A stretch of DNA of 64,000 bases from the NCBI GenBank assembly GCA_963699165.1, contig OY969413.1, positions 596,562 through 660,561 on the forward strand. Reading direction: 5' to 3'. Position numbers and translations under genes: made by a program. The first letter of the stretch is position 1. Every line of letters starts with the position of its first letter. Shown in pieces: positions 36,913-48,328 of this stretch. The notes under the pieces are model-generated. The model was not told the DNA's origin. It worked only from the letters and a program-made list of their open reading frames with translations, and did not search any database. This stretch comes from Candidatus Kaiserbacteria bacterium (GTDB lineage: Bacteria > Patescibacteriota > Minisyncoccia > Phycocordibacterales > Phycocordibacteraceae).

Positions 36913-37752
36913 ATGGAAAACGAACCAAAAATGAATAAATTTAAAAACTACAAAAGTTTAGTTTTGATATTAGTAATTATCGCCGTGATAGTTGGTTTGT
37001 ATTTGCACTACGCACAGCGAAACACGCCAACTAAAGCAACAAGCACTCAAACGACTTCAAGCGCGGAGCATACGGCTAGTTATATTTCTAGTGTAATAAG
37101 CGCGATTGCAAGTTATCGACAATCTACCCAAGAAGCAACTCTTGTGGCGAAAGAATATACTGACAAAGGCGTGGACATAAATAATCGGAGCGTTAAAACC
37201 GCCGAAGAACTTGCTGTGTTGATGAAAGTTGTAAATGATTTCAAAAATGGAAACTCGTATTTGGCACCATATCTTAATGATAGTAATTCTCTAATTAGTG
37301 TTTCTGCAAAGGCATTAGATCAGTCCGCAACTTCTATTCTCCAACCCAACGAGGATATGCTCGCCGCTTTCCAAACCGGAGACACGCAGAAAGAACAAAT
37401 CGCACTTGCATCCGTGACTGCCGCTCAAGACTCGGGGACAAACGACATGAACAATGTTATGCAGATAATTAGGGAGGGATTGATAATGGGACTTGGAGAA
37501 AACGATAATTTGCCGACAAGTGGAACTATACACACATCTCTTTCAGTGGAACAAAGAAATAATTTGTTGGCACAAATAAAAAGTGATTTCCCAAATGGAG
37601 TAAATAATTATTCTAACGATATTTATTCTTTGATGATCTATGGAATTCAGGCGGTCTTAGTGTCAGATACCTTTGAGCAATTTCGCAGTTTAGCAGGCAC
37701 AATGACCACAAACGGCGCGCAAGCGTTGCCGTTTGTGGTTTCAGAAAAATAA
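36913..37752 (+). CDS. hypothetical membrane-anchored protein
   Basis: one N-terminal TM helix; AT-rich; no known motif. Confidence 0.4.
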   Translation: MENEPKMNKFKNYKSLVLILVIIAVIVGLYLHYAQRNTPTKATSTQTTSSAEHTASYISSVISAIASYRQSTQEATLVAKEYTDKGVDINNRSVKTAEELAVLMKVVNDFKNGNSYLAPYLNDSNSLISVSAKALDQSATSILQPNEDMLAAFQTGDTQKEQIALASVTAAQDSGTNDMNNVMQIIREGLIMGLGENDNLPTSGTIHTSLSVEQRNNLLAQIKSDFPNGVNNYSNDIYSLMIYGIQAVLVSDTFEQFRSLAGTMTTNGAQALPFVVSEK

Positions 37753-38256
37753 ATGAGCTTATCAGATTTTATTTTACTAGCTACTGGAGTATTTATTGCT
37801 TGGCAAGCGTGGGAAACACGCCAGTTAGCGAAGCTAACAAGAATTAAAGACCAACCGCTTTTGGAAGTTGAATTTCAAAATAATGGGGCAAAAGTCCAAT
37901 TAAAAAATATCGGACAATCTCCCGCATATTCGCCATCAATTAGTTCGATTGAAATTGCAAGCAACGAGCATTTAGATTTTGACCCTTTGCACACTTCTCG
38001 CTTACCAATACAGCTCGGCGAAAGCCGAGAAGTGTGGATGCATCATCAGCGTGTGGATGAGAATTCGATTGGTGGTTTTGTTGAAAGTGCGCCAGTTTTG
38101 AAGAATTTTCTGCTAAACAAAACTACTCCCACAAAAATTACTCTAAAGTATTTTGATAAAGACGGCGTTAAACTTTGTCGCGATTTATATATAAAAGTTA
38201 GTGGTAATAAAATAAGTGGAAACCAGCAAATATATACAACCACGACTTGTGAGTAG
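37753..38256 (+). CDS. hypothetical membrane-anchored protein
   Basis: abuts previous ORF (TAA ATG); AT-rich. Confidence 0.4.
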   Translation: MSLSDFILLATGVFIAWQAWETRQLAKLTRIKDQPLLEVEFQNNGAKVQLKNIGQSPAYSPSISSIEIASNEHLDFDPLHTSRLPIQLGESREVWMHHQRVDENSIGGFVESAPVLKNFLLNKTTPTKITLKYFDKDGVKLCRDLYIKVSGNKISGNQQIYTTTTCE

Positions 38257-38263
38257 TGGGAGC

Positions 38264-38306
38264 AATCCCCACCGTTTTATAATTTCTCCTAAAAACGGCG
38301 GGGATT
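38264..38306. terminator. bidirectional terminator hairpin
   Basis: aatccccaccgtttt ... aaaacggcggggatt. Confidence 0.6.
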
Positions 38307-38800
38307 TGTGCGCGCACAGGGCGGGCGGGGTGAGAAGCGAATACATGGAGCTTCGCAAGACTCATTGAGGATTTTTACGAGCAAAGCGAAGTAAAAAGCC
38401 CAATGAGTGGACAGTTCCTGTAAGGAAAGCACATACAGATTTGTTTGTGCCTAGCACAATCCGCTTTATGAGTTACTACGACCCGTAAACGAAGCCACGA
38501 ACGATACCGATGTACGGCTAAGCAAGAGCCAAACAGGCCTGTATCTCGTTGTTGAGTGGCTGGCGATACATATGTCTGGAATGGAGGCGCGCATGCATAA
38601 AAAATTCGATGGAGCTCGAGCTTACCTGACTCAATTCATATCGCTGCCACTGCCTTCCGGAGCGAGTGATTCAGAAGAGCGTACTTTTATGAACAGCATT
38701 GAGCAAATTAAAAAATTCTTGCAAGGGGAGAATCTTGAAGAAGGTTCAGAGAATGCAATCCCTCCCTTTGAATAGCATTGCGAAATTCGCCCCAACCAAC

Positions 38801-38822
38801 AAACCCGCCTCTCGGCGGGTTT
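38801..38822. terminator. terminator hairpin (aaacccgcc-tctc-ggcgggttt)
   Basis: downstream of DUF378 gene on minus strand. Confidence 0.55.
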
Positions 38823-38844
38823 GTCCGATCGCACTTACCATGCG

Positions 38845-39087
38845 TTATGCCGCAGGCGTTGCCGGCACCGGCGCACACGACCGACAATCCCCTTTATGCG
38901 TAAAGAGGATAAGGATTGCCGAGAGGCCGACGAGCACATAGACGCTGTTCTCAAGAACGGGCCATGTACCGAGCAGAATACTCACCACGTTCCAGTTATT
39001 GCCGAGAAAATTTCCGAGACCGACCAAGCCCCAATTGAGGCCGCCGACGACGAGCAGAAGAAACGCAACCGCGTGAAGTACTTTCAT
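38845..39087 (-). CDS. DUF378-family small membrane protein
   Basis: GGLNWGLVGL motif, two TM helices. Confidence 0.55.
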   Translation of the reverse strand: MKVLHAVAFLLLVVGGLNWGLVGLGNFLGNNWNVVSILLGTWPVLENSVYVLVGLSAILILFTHKGDCRSCAPVPATPAA

Positions 39088-39222
39088 AGTGTGAAAGAGA
39101 TGATTATGAAGCGGTAAGGCCGCTGCTCATAGTATGAACCTTTTTTAGCGGCGGCGGGGATACCTCTGTGCAAAACATTTTACACTCGCCGTTTTACCTC
39201 GAACTTCGAGTATACTTTATCT

Positions 39223-39948
39223 ATGCTCTCCATCCCTTTTGCGGCGGGCCTTGTACTTGTGGTTGCCGACGTGTGCCTCGTATTTGCGTTGGTATTTTCA
39301 TTGATTCAGCCGCGGCGTTTTTATCTTGTGCGCCACGGAGAGACCTTGCTGAACGCGCAGCATGTCCGCCAAGGCGAGGAAGGCGCGCTTTCCGAGACCG
39401 GACGAATGCAGGCGGAACAGGTCGGGAAGTATCTCGCGCAATTCCCCATCGGACGCATCATTTCGAGCACCTATCCGCGCGCGAAGGAAACCGCGGCGAT
39501 AATAAACGAGCATCTGAAGGTGCGGACCGTGTATTCCCGGCTTCTTGTCGAGCGAAGGAATCCTAGCGAGATTATCGGCAAGCACACGAAAGACCCCGAA
39601 GTCATTCGCATCGTCGACCAAATGGACAATGCGTATCACGCCGACGAGTACCGCTTTTCGGACGAGGAAAACTTCGTCGATTTGAAACAGCGGGCGCGCA
39701 AAGCCCTAGCGCTTTTTACGAGGCCGGGAAGCGCCGAAACCGTTGTTGTAACGCACCATGTGTTTCTGAAAGTGCTTATCGCATACATGCTGTACCGCGA
39801 ACAGCTGCACGCCGGCGATTTTGCGAAACTGGCTTTTTTCAATTTTTCCGACAATGCGGGAATAACCGTGTGCGAATATCATCCGCTCAAAATGTTTTCA
39901 CGGACGCACGGTTGGGAGGTGCTTGAATACAACATGGTGCCGCAATAA
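39223..39948 (+). CDS. histidine phosphatase family protein (phosphoglycerate mutase-like) with N-terminal TM segment
   Basis: LVRHGET catalytic RHG motif. Confidence 0.65.
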   Translation: MLSIPFAAGLVLVVADVCLVFALVFSLIQPRRFYLVRHGETLLNAQHVRQGEEGALSETGRMQAEQVGKYLAQFPIGRIISSTYPRAKETAAIINEHLKVRTVYSRLLVERRNPSEIIGKHTKDPEVIRIVDQMDNAYHADEYRFSDEENFVDLKQRARKALALFTRPGSAETVVVTHHVFLKVLIAYMLYREQLHAGDFAKLAFFNFSDNAGITVCEYHPLKMFSRTHGWEVLEYNMVPQ

Positions 39949-39985
39949 AAAATGCCGCGCCCCTTCGGGGCGCGGCATTTTTTAT
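39947..39985. terminator. bidirectional rho-independent terminator
   Basis: aaaaaatgccgcgcccc-ttcg-gggcgcggcatttttt between convergent genes. Confidence 0.8.
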
Positions 39986-40015
39986 GAAGGTCTGAACCTT
40001 CACAGCTTCCCGAAA

Positions 40016-41656
<1,641 letters not shown>

Positions 41657-41965
41657 TTAGTTTTCGATAAGTAGAATCTCGGACTCGGAGAGCACGTAGT
41701 ACTCTTCCCCGTCGAGTTTGATGGGTTCGTCCCACGGCTTTTTGAAAAATACTTTGTCGCCCGCTTTGACTTCAAGCGGAATGCGCTCTCCTTTGTCGCT
41801 TCGGCGTCCCGCGCCGACGGCAACGACTTCGCCCGCAAATAGTTTCTCTTTATTGACCGTCTCGGGAATGATGATGCCCGATGCGAGTTTCTTCTCGCCG
41901 CCCGAGTCCGACGGTCGGACTACCACGCGGTCTCCAAGCGGCTTCAGTGAAAGCTTTTTTGCCAT
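41657..41965 (-). CDS. groES: co-chaperonin GroES
   Basis: 102 aa, LKPLGDRVVV motif. Confidence 0.95.
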   Translation of the reverse strand: MAKKLSLKPLGDRVVVRPSDSGGEKKLASGIIIPETVNKEKLFAGEVVAVGAGRRSDKGERIPLEVKAGDKVFFKKPWDEPIKLDGEEYYVLSESEILLIEN

Positions 41966-42557
41966 ATTCTATATATAAATTAATAAACGCCCTCGTAACG
42001 GGATTATAGGCAACGCGTCCGTTCTTCGCAACTGGGGATGGGTTGCCAATGTCCATTACTTGTGGCAAAATGAATTCCGGACACGTGAAGTCCAGAAAGG
42101 ACGGTTAATCTTGATTGAAAACAACACGTTTCAACGTACCCATCCATTTCCGGTCGCCGCACCGGAAATAGCAACGTTCTTTTTACTACTGCCAGTGCTC
42201 GGATATGCAAGTTCTCCGGCATCCTGCGTCTACGAGAAATCCGATAAAGACGGCTGTGTTTTCATCGGAGTCACCCGTAAGGGTGACTAATCAGATTTCG
42301 ACGTGCTTCTCGTTTCTCAAAATGGAGATGCGGACGCGGCGGACGCGGCTCTCGAACAAGCGTGCGAAGAGCTTGAGCGTGCGGGCGTCGACACCGGATG
42401 GCTCGGTGGCGACTAAACCATGACGGCGCGACGGATTCAAACCCGCCGCGCCGCTCACTTTTTATAGCCGCCATCGGCTGGGAAATTGCTTTTCTATAAA
42501 ATTTGTTGTAGTATATTTCCGGATGTCCCACCTATCGTGGGACTGGAAAGGTTTGTT

Positions 42558-42839
42558 ATGTCGAAAATCGAATCAACGAAGACCCGCACGTTCTTCGTTC
42601 CTCCGTGGATTCTGCTCCTACAGTCCAACCAGGACTGGTGGAAAAGAGACCTGAGCGGAGTACGTGCAACCACCCAAGAATACTGCATCGCGCCGGGAGT
42701 GAGGTTTTTGGGGACGATTCGTCTCGACATTCACCTGCTCTTCGGAACAGTCAAGGTGACGGCATCGTCACCCTTTGGAGTCGACAACTCGTCCGAGTTG
42801 TTCGACCGGGCGTGGTCGCACCTGTTCCCTCAGGTGTGA
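42558..42839 (+). CDS. hypothetical protein
   Basis: ATG preceded by aaagg and a 7-bp-arm palindrome gtcccacctatcgtgggac; followed by terminator. Confidence 0.35.
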   Translation: MSKIESTKTRTFFVPPWILLLQSNQDWWKRDLSGVRATTQEYCIAPGVRFLGTIRLDIHLLFGTVKVTASSPFGVDNSSELFDRAWSHLFPQV

Positions 42840-42851
42840 GGAAGGCACATC

Positions 42852-42888
42852 GGGGCGACAGCTTTGGCTGTCGCCCCGCTCTGTTTTT
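42852..42888 (+). terminator. rho-independent terminator
   Basis: ggggcgacagc-tttg-gctgtcgcccc followed by T run. Confidence 0.75.
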
Positions 42889-42941
42889 ATCCCAGCGACC
42901 CTCGGCTTGCGCGGCCATGCTCGCCCGTGCTATGCTGACCG

Positions 42942-42957
42942 GCAAGATGGAGGCACT
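42942..42957 (+). repeat. attL core (duplicate of secG start, ATGGAGGCACT)
   Basis: identical 16-mer to 46253..46268; encodes a 9-codon secG remnant. Confidence 0.65.
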
Positions 42958-43810
42958 AGTTGCGCTCCCCTCCTAAAGAACGAGACGAGACAGATTGTCC
43001 GCCGATTCCAGCCTTTAAAACCATGGGTTTTACTGGCTTTTGACTTTTTTGTGCAGTTTCTCTTGTATGTGCTTCCAACCATTGGTTGCCCACGGGTTGC
43101 CCAAAACCCTCAGAAAGTGCCCACGTTGGGTTAAGAAGGTCAATTGTCGTACGAAGTGTCGATGGTGCGAGATGAGCGTATCTCATGGTCATTTCAATGG
43201 ACGAGTGGCCCATCAGTTTCTGAACGGCCGGTACAGGGGCTCCAAGCATCACTAAGTGAGATGCGAACGTATGCCTTAGAGTATGCCAACCGATGTGACG
43301 AAGTCCGGCTTTTTGACAGAGGTTCGTCAATTTTCTGCCAAGACGATAGTGGTCGAAGTTCTTACCGTTGGCATCCAAGAACACGAATCCAGTGTCCTTT
43401 TTCATTCTGAAGAGCATCTCGTATAGGTCGGAGGTCATGTCTATGTGCCGCTCGCGGTTGCTTTTTGGCGATCCGAGCGCTTTTGCATAGTGGGACCAAG
43501 AATGTCGCACGATAATAAGCCTGTTGTGCCAGTCAATCGATGCCCATTGGAGACCTATGAGTTCTCCTAACCGCATTCCCGTCTTGAGACCGGTCAGAAT
43601 CAACTCTCGGATAACCCCGTCAGAGTGGAAGAGCAGCAGTTCGCTCTCGTCAAACGAAAGGTAGTCTGTAGAGGGCGGTGGACATTTGAGCCACGTAATT
43701 TCGGGTGGTGCCCCATCAAGCTGCAGCCATTTGTATGCTGTCGACACACAATGATTCAGGACTACCACGTGCTCATTGACTGTTCGCCTTGAGAGACCCC
43801 GTTTAAGCAA
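42956..43810 (-). CDS. tyrosine-type site-specific recombinase/integrase
   Basis: catalytic motifs R...HTLRHTFAS...MGHSSIEMTMRYAHL. Confidence 0.8.
   Translation of the reverse strand: MLKRGLSRRTVNEHVVVLNHCVSTAYKWLQLDGAPPEITWLKCPPPSTDYLSFDESELLLFHSDGVIRELILTGLKTGMRLGELIGLQWASIDWHNRLIIVRHSWSHYAKALGSPKSNRERHIDMTSDLYEMLFRMKKDTGFVFLDANGKNFDHYRLGRKLTNLCQKAGLRHIGWHTLRHTFASHLVMLGAPVPAVQKLMGHSSIEMTMRYAHLAPSTLRTTIDLLNPTWALSEGFGQPVGNQWLEAHTRETAQKSQKPVKPMVLKAGIGGQSVSSRSLGGERN
43084..43106 (+). repeat. tandem 9-mer GGTTGCCCA x2 (putative integrase arm-type site)
   Basis: same 23-mer (one mismatch) at 46087..46109 near the other element end. Confidence 0.55.
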
Positions 43811-43855
43811 GTGGACTTTGTATCTTTCAATGTCACTAACGGTTATGCTAAAAAA

Positions 43856-45163
43856 TCATTTAACCTCCCCCAACATCGGTATCGCTAATCGTCTTCGATT
43901 CGTTTCCCCCTTGAACAAGGTTGTGACGCGTTTCGCCACGTCTCCTCGTTCGCCCAAATGGGCTGCGTGCGTCATTGCGCCAAAACTAGAACCGAGAAAG
44001 ACGGTGTGCTTCCCATACTTCTCAGATACCTCATCGATGTTTTCAAATACGTGCTTAATAGCTTCCGACTTTTGCACTGACCCAAAGAGATCGAGTTGTG
44101 TGCCTCCTGTTTGCGAGAGTCCCATGAGGGTAATGCCGGTGGCACGGTAGAGGGTTCCCTTCTTAAATATTTTCGGAAAGTATCGGGATACTTCTTTCAG
44201 AATGTCTTGAGGGATGTTAGTCGGGTACGCGAGTTTGATTTCGTAGCCGTGGTACTTGAACTCCTGTGTTTTCAGAAAAAAGAAAATCACGGGGCTCGCG
44301 AGGTTCCACCTGCGCGCCTTGATGCATGCATTCTCGATGTTTTTTGAAAGCTGTGCAAACACAAACGCAGGGTTCGTTGATGGAGGGGTAAACGTTTTTG
44401 TTTTGCTGATGGATTGATATCCCTTCCTGCCCAACGTATCGAGCTCATTCGCCACAATGCCATTCAATTCCTGCCACGTTTCGAAGTACGGCTTTGCCAC
44501 GCGTTCTTTCACCCACCCCTCTGGCTTCTTTGCAAAGTCGAGCGCCGTTTGTATGCCGAACTTGTTTAGAAGTGCTGACGTGTTTGGACCGATTCCCCAC
44601 ACCGAACCAACGGGAGTCTTCCCTAAAAAGATTCCACTGTCTCGAAGCGGAATCATCGTGAGGCCAGATGGCTTCTTCCACTTCGAGCCAATCTTTGCGA
44701 GCGTCTTTGTGGCTGATACACCAATTGAAAAGGTCATTCCGAGTTCGGTATCAAGTTCGTGCTTCATCTTTTGAGCCATTTGCTCGTAGTTCATATGGAG
44801 ACGACTACGCAGACCAGTGAGATCAGCAAAACATTCATCAATGCTGTACTCCTCAACCGCGGGCGTGTACCTGCGCACGATCGCATACATGCGCTCTGAG
44901 AAGATGCTGTATGTTTCATAGTCGGACGGAAGAATGATGGCGTTGGGACATACTTTGCGAACTTCGCTTAAACGCATGCCACGCTTAACTCCAAGCGCTT
45001 TCGCTTCATAGGACGCTGCAGACACGATGCCACGTTCTTTTCCTGTAATGACTGGCTTCCCGCGAAGCGAAGGATTCTTTGCTACTTCGCACGAAGCAAA
45101 GAAGGAGTCTCCATCCACGTGCAGGATGGCTCGCGGATACGACCCTAGTGAGCCCCACGCCAT
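43856..45163 (-). CDS. Y-family DNA polymerase (DinB/UmuC-like)
   Basis: ILHVDGDSFFASCE N-terminal motif, SIDECF catalytic region, little-finger domain. Confidence 0.85.
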   Translation of the reverse strand: MAWGSLGSYPRAILHVDGDSFFASCEVAKNPSLRGKPVITGKERGIVSAASYEAKALGVKRGMRLSEVRKVCPNAIILPSDYETYSIFSERMYAIVRRYTPAVEEYSIDECFADLTGLRSRLHMNYEQMAQKMKHELDTELGMTFSIGVSATKTLAKIGSKWKKPSGLTMIPLRDSGIFLGKTPVGSVWGIGPNTSALLNKFGIQTALDFAKKPEGWVKERVAKPYFETWQELNGIVANELDTLGRKGYQSISKTKTFTPPSTNPAFVFAQLSKNIENACIKARRWNLASPVIFFFLKTQEFKYHGYEIKLAYPTNIPQDILKEVSRYFPKIFKKGTLYRATGITLMGLSQTGGTQLDLFGSVQKSEAIKHVFENIDEVSEKYGKHTVFLGSSFGAMTHAAHLGERGDVAKRVTTLFKGETNRRRLAIPMLGEVK

Positions 45164-45164
45164 A

Positions 45165-45734
45165 CTAGTATTTGCGCACGACTGCAGTTACCACCGCTTC
45201 TATGCTCAGCGTGTTCTCCGGATAGATTGGTTTGTACTTTGCGTTTGCTGGTTCAAGGAAATACCCTCGTGGTCCTTTGCGCAGATACTTGATCGTGAAC
45301 TCGCCGTCGACCGAGGCGATGACGATTTGCCCTTCTTTGTATGTTTGCTTGCGCTCGACAATCACCATATCGCCGTCTTGAATTCCAGCATCAATCATTG
45401 AATCCCCTTTCACACGGAGGGTGTAGCTCGACTCTTTGTTTGGAGTGAGGTATTCGTCAAAATTCATTACGTCGAGCAATTCCTCTTCCGCTGCTGAAGG
45501 AAATCCTGCTTCGACCAATCCCAATACACGTGTACCACCGATGAGGGCATTCGTCGGAGAGAGTTTGCCTCGTTTGTCCTTCTTTACGGACCCGTCATCC
45601 ACAAGTTTGCTGATAAGCTTGTACACCGCGTTCTTTGAGCGGAAGCCGGTGAGCTTCATAAGCTCCTCGTATCCAGGCATACGGCGATGACGAGCATAGA
45701 ATCCGGCAAGCTTGCTTCGATATGTTTCGTACAT
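45165..45734 (-). CDS. lexA: LexA-like repressor (winged-helix + S24 peptidase)
   Basis: VKGDSMIDAGIQDGDMVIVERKQ Ser-Lys dyad region; N-terminal HTH; own SOS box upstream. Confidence 0.8.
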   Translation of the reverse strand: MYETYRSKLAGFYARHRRMPGYEELMKLTGFRSKNAVYKLISKLVDDGSVKKDKRGKLSPTNALIGGTRVLGLVEAGFPSAAEEELLDVMNFDEYLTPNKESSYTLRVKGDSMIDAGIQDGDMVIVERKQTYKEGQIVIASVDGEFTIKYLRKGPRGYFLEPANAKYKPIYPENTLSIEAVVTAVVRKY

Positions 45735-45749
45735 GCCGAGAGTATAGGT

Positions 45750-45761
45750 GAACTATGGTTC
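45750..45761 (-). promoter_or_regulatory. Cheo-type SOS box GAAC-N4-GTTC overlapping lexA promoter
   Basis: tGAACTATGGTTCa 16 nt upstream of lexA ATG, next to TATACT -10-like hexamer. Confidence 0.65.
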
Positions 45762-46086
45762 ACCAGTCAAGTGGCGTCGGGTTTTGGCAAGTCGCTGCTG
45801 AAACTTACTCTGGATTATGACACTACTGAACTTGTAGATTTTTGAAGGCTACATCCATATAAAGTTTAGTCACTTTGGAAATCATCAACTTAATTAAGTC
45901 AGGAATCAATGCTTCCGTAATCGCAAAGGAAGTAACCACATAACAAAGAGCCAGAAAACTATTCCGGCCAATTGTAACCATTAAGGGAACAGCACAAACA
46001 CACTGTTCATCAGTGTGTTATTCCTTCCATCACTTTCGCCTGTACTGCTCTGGTTAGTAATACTGCGTGCAACAGATTCGAAAATC

Positions 46087-46109
46087 GGTTGCCCACCGGT
46101 TGCCCAAAA
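46087..46109 (+). repeat. tandem 9-mer GGTTGCCCA x2 (putative arm-type site, right end)
   Basis: matches 43084..43106. Confidence 0.55.
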
Positions 46110-46252
46110 AGTGATATTTGGTGATTAAGATTGATAGTCGGTGAGTACGATTGGTAATTTTGGTTATTCTGATAAATCCTTGTTTTATGCGGTTGAATTG
46201 CAATATATTCAGCTATCTTGCGCCTATTGGCCTCCCCGTGGTATCATCCCTA

Positions 46253-46268
46253 GCAAGATGGAGGCACT
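46253..46268 (+). repeat. attR core overlapping the secG start codon
   Basis: identical to 42942..42957. Confidence 0.65.
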
Positions 46269-46497
46269 CGTATCGGCACTGCCGTATGCGGAAATCATCC
46301 TCTCAATACTCCTCATCGTCGGCATCGTGCTCCAGCAGCGCGGTGCGACCCTCGGCGGAGCATTCGGAGGCGATAATTTCGCGTCAACGTTTTACAAGCG
46401 CAGAGGCGCCGAAAAATTCCTATTTAATGCGACCATAGTCATTGCAGTTCTCCTTATGCTCGCGGCAATAGCAAACTTCCTTCTCGCGGGGTCATGA
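46258..46497 (+). CDS. secG: preprotein translocase subunit SecG
   Basis: GGAFGG ... RRGAEKFL signature, two TM helices; ATG at 46258 inside att repeat. Confidence 0.8.
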   Translation: MEALVSALPYAEIILSILLIVGIVLQQRGATLGGAFGGDNFASTFYKRRGAEKFLFNATIVIAVLLMLAAIANFLLAGS

Positions 46498-46616
46498 ACG
46501 CCACGGAGGACAGTGCGACTCTAGCCCGAAGCGCCCAAAGCGAACGCTCCCGGGTATTGCGGAATGTTTTCGGACAGTCGCGGTCTCTTGGCCTCTCCGC
46601 GAAAATCGGAGGCCGC

Positions 46617-48263
46617 ATGAGGACTCTTTCATCCGGCGACCGGGTGCTTGCCGGCATTCTTGCGTGTTTCGTGGCAATCGCTTCTCTTGCGAGCATCTAT
46701 GCGCTCGAACAATCATTTTTGATTCAGGTCCCGGCATACGGCGGCACGCTGCGCGAAGCCGAGATGGGAAATCCGCAATACATTAACCCGCTGCTTGCCA
46801 TCAGCGATGCCGACAGCGACCTTTCCACGCTCGTGTATGCGGGACTCATGGGACTTTCGGGAACGGGACAGCTTGTGCCGGTGCTTGCGGAAAGATATAC
46901 CGCATCCGCCGACGGGAAAACATACACCTTTGTGCTGAAGAAAAATGCGGTGTTTTCCGACGGCACACCCGTCACGGCGGCAGATGTCGTATTCACGGTG
47001 CAAAAAGCGCAGAACGCCGCGATTAAAAGTCCGAAGTTTGCCGACTGGTCGGGCGTCGGCGTAACCGCTCTCGACGCGCGCACCGTGCAATTCACGCTTT
47101 CGAAACCGTACGCGCCGTTTTTGGAGCTCACGACGCTCGGAATTATTCCGTCGCGGCTTTGGCAAAATGTATCGAATGAAGAGTTTGCGTTTTCGACGCT
47201 GCAAACAAGCCCGATTGGCGCCGGTCCGTTTAAAGTTCAACGCGTATCGCGCGACGCGACCGGGCTCATCAAAAGCGTGTCGCTCGTTGAAAATCCCCGG
47301 TATGTGCTCGGCCGGCCGTACTTAAACGGCATCCGTTTCGACTTCTACTCGCAAAGCGAAGACATCGCGCAGGCGCTCGCAAGCGGGGCGGAAGACAGCG
47401 CATACGATGTCGGCACAAAAGGCGCGCTCACTGCGCCGTACGCCCGCGTCTTCGGCGTGTTTTTCAATCCGAGCGAGAACAAAGCATATGCGCAATCGGA
47501 AGTGCGCAAAGCGCTCTCGCTCGCGCTTGACCGGCAGGACATTGTGACGAACGTGCTTGGCGGCTACGCGACCCCGATTATGGGGCCCGTTCCACCGGGC
47601 GGCGGCGTGAATCAAACGGCGATTCCGGCATCGCAAGATCCGACCGTGGACGCGGCGCAGGTGCTTGAGTCGGCCGGATGGACGTACAGCGCAACCTCGC
47701 ACGTCTGGCAAAACGCGAAAGAAAAACAAACTCTGAGCGCCATCACGATTCGCACTTCGAACGTGCCCGAATTGAAAAATGTCGCGAGCGCGGTGAAGGC
47801 GGACTGGGAGAAGCTCGGCATTCCGGTCGACGTGCAGCTCTATGAACCGGGCGATCTTTCGCAAAACGTCATCCGTACGCGCCAGTATGAGGCGCTGCTC
47901 TATGGCATGGTCATCGGCCGCGACGAGGATTTGTATGCATTCTGGGATTCGCAGGAAATCAACGACCCGGGACTCAACATCGCGCAGTACGCAAACAAAA
48001 CCGTGGACGCATTGCTTGAAGACGCGCGATCCTCCGTCGATGCGCAGGCGCGCGCCGCCGATTTGCAGAAAATCGAAGACGATGTCTCGGCGGATTATCC
48101 GGCCGCGTTTTTATACGCTCCCGATTTCACGTACGCGGTTCCGAGCGATTTGCGCGGCGTCATTCTTCCGCAAATCATCACGCCGTCGGACCGATTCGCA
48201 ACCGTGGCGTCATGGTATCGGGAAACGGACGCGGTTTGGCCGATTTTCGCGCGCCGGCAGTAA
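46617..48263 (+). CDS. ABC-transporter substrate-binding protein, family 5 (peptide/nickel type), lipoprotein/secreted
   Basis: signal peptide after GGAGG-ATG at 46617; SBP_bac_5 length and motifs; no permease or ATPase genes adjacent. Confidence 0.7.
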   Translation: MRTLSSGDRVLAGILACFVAIASLASIYALEQSFLIQVPAYGGTLREAEMGNPQYINPLLAISDADSDLSTLVYAGLMGLSGTGQLVPVLAERYTASADGKTYTFVLKKNAVFSDGTPVTAADVVFTVQKAQNAAIKSPKFADWSGVGVTALDARTVQFTLSKPYAPFLELTTLGIIPSRLWQNVSNEEFAFSTLQTSPIGAGPFKVQRVSRDATGLIKSVSLVENPRYVLGRPYLNGIRFDFYSQSEDIAQALASGAEDSAYDVGTKGALTAPYARVFGVFFNPSENKAYAQSEVRKALSLALDRQDIVTNVLGGYATPIMGPVPPGGGVNQTAIPASQDPTVDAAQVLESAGWTYSATSHVWQNAKEKQTLSAITIRTSNVPELKNVASAVKADWEKLGIPVDVQLYEPGDLSQNVIRTRQYEALLYGMVIGRDEDLYAFWDSQEINDPGLNIAQYANKTVDALLEDARSSVDAQARAADLQKIEDDVSADYPAAFLYAPDFTYAVPSDLRGVILPQIITPSDRFATVASWYRETDAVWPIFARRQ

Positions 48264-48328
48264 TCACTATTTACGTACGGGTTTTGTGCTTTATTAATTT
48301 TACAATCCCGCTTAACTAACCAATCGTT

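Larger units (their letters stand above)
42942..46268 (-). mobile_element. integrative element inserted at the 5' end of secG carrying int, lexA-like and Y-family polymerase genes
   Basis: 16-bp direct repeat gcaagatggaggcact at both ends inside a roughly 55-bp imperfect duplication that includes a promoter-like TTGCGC-N18-TATGCT/TATCAT; tyrosine integrase adjacent to the left repeat; arm-type repeats inside both ends. Confidence 0.7.

Noticed and set aside
38572-38775. 67-aa ORF in the 38.3-38.8 kb gap
   Set aside because: There is no motif or SD. The downstream hairpin is better explained as the terminator of the convergent DUF378 gene. It is left uncalled.
41966-42070. CIRCE (HrcA) operator upstream of groES
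   Set aside because: No TTAGCACTC-N9-GAGTGCTAA-like inverted repeat was found; only a weak 6-bp-arm palindrome (TTGCCA...TGGCAA).
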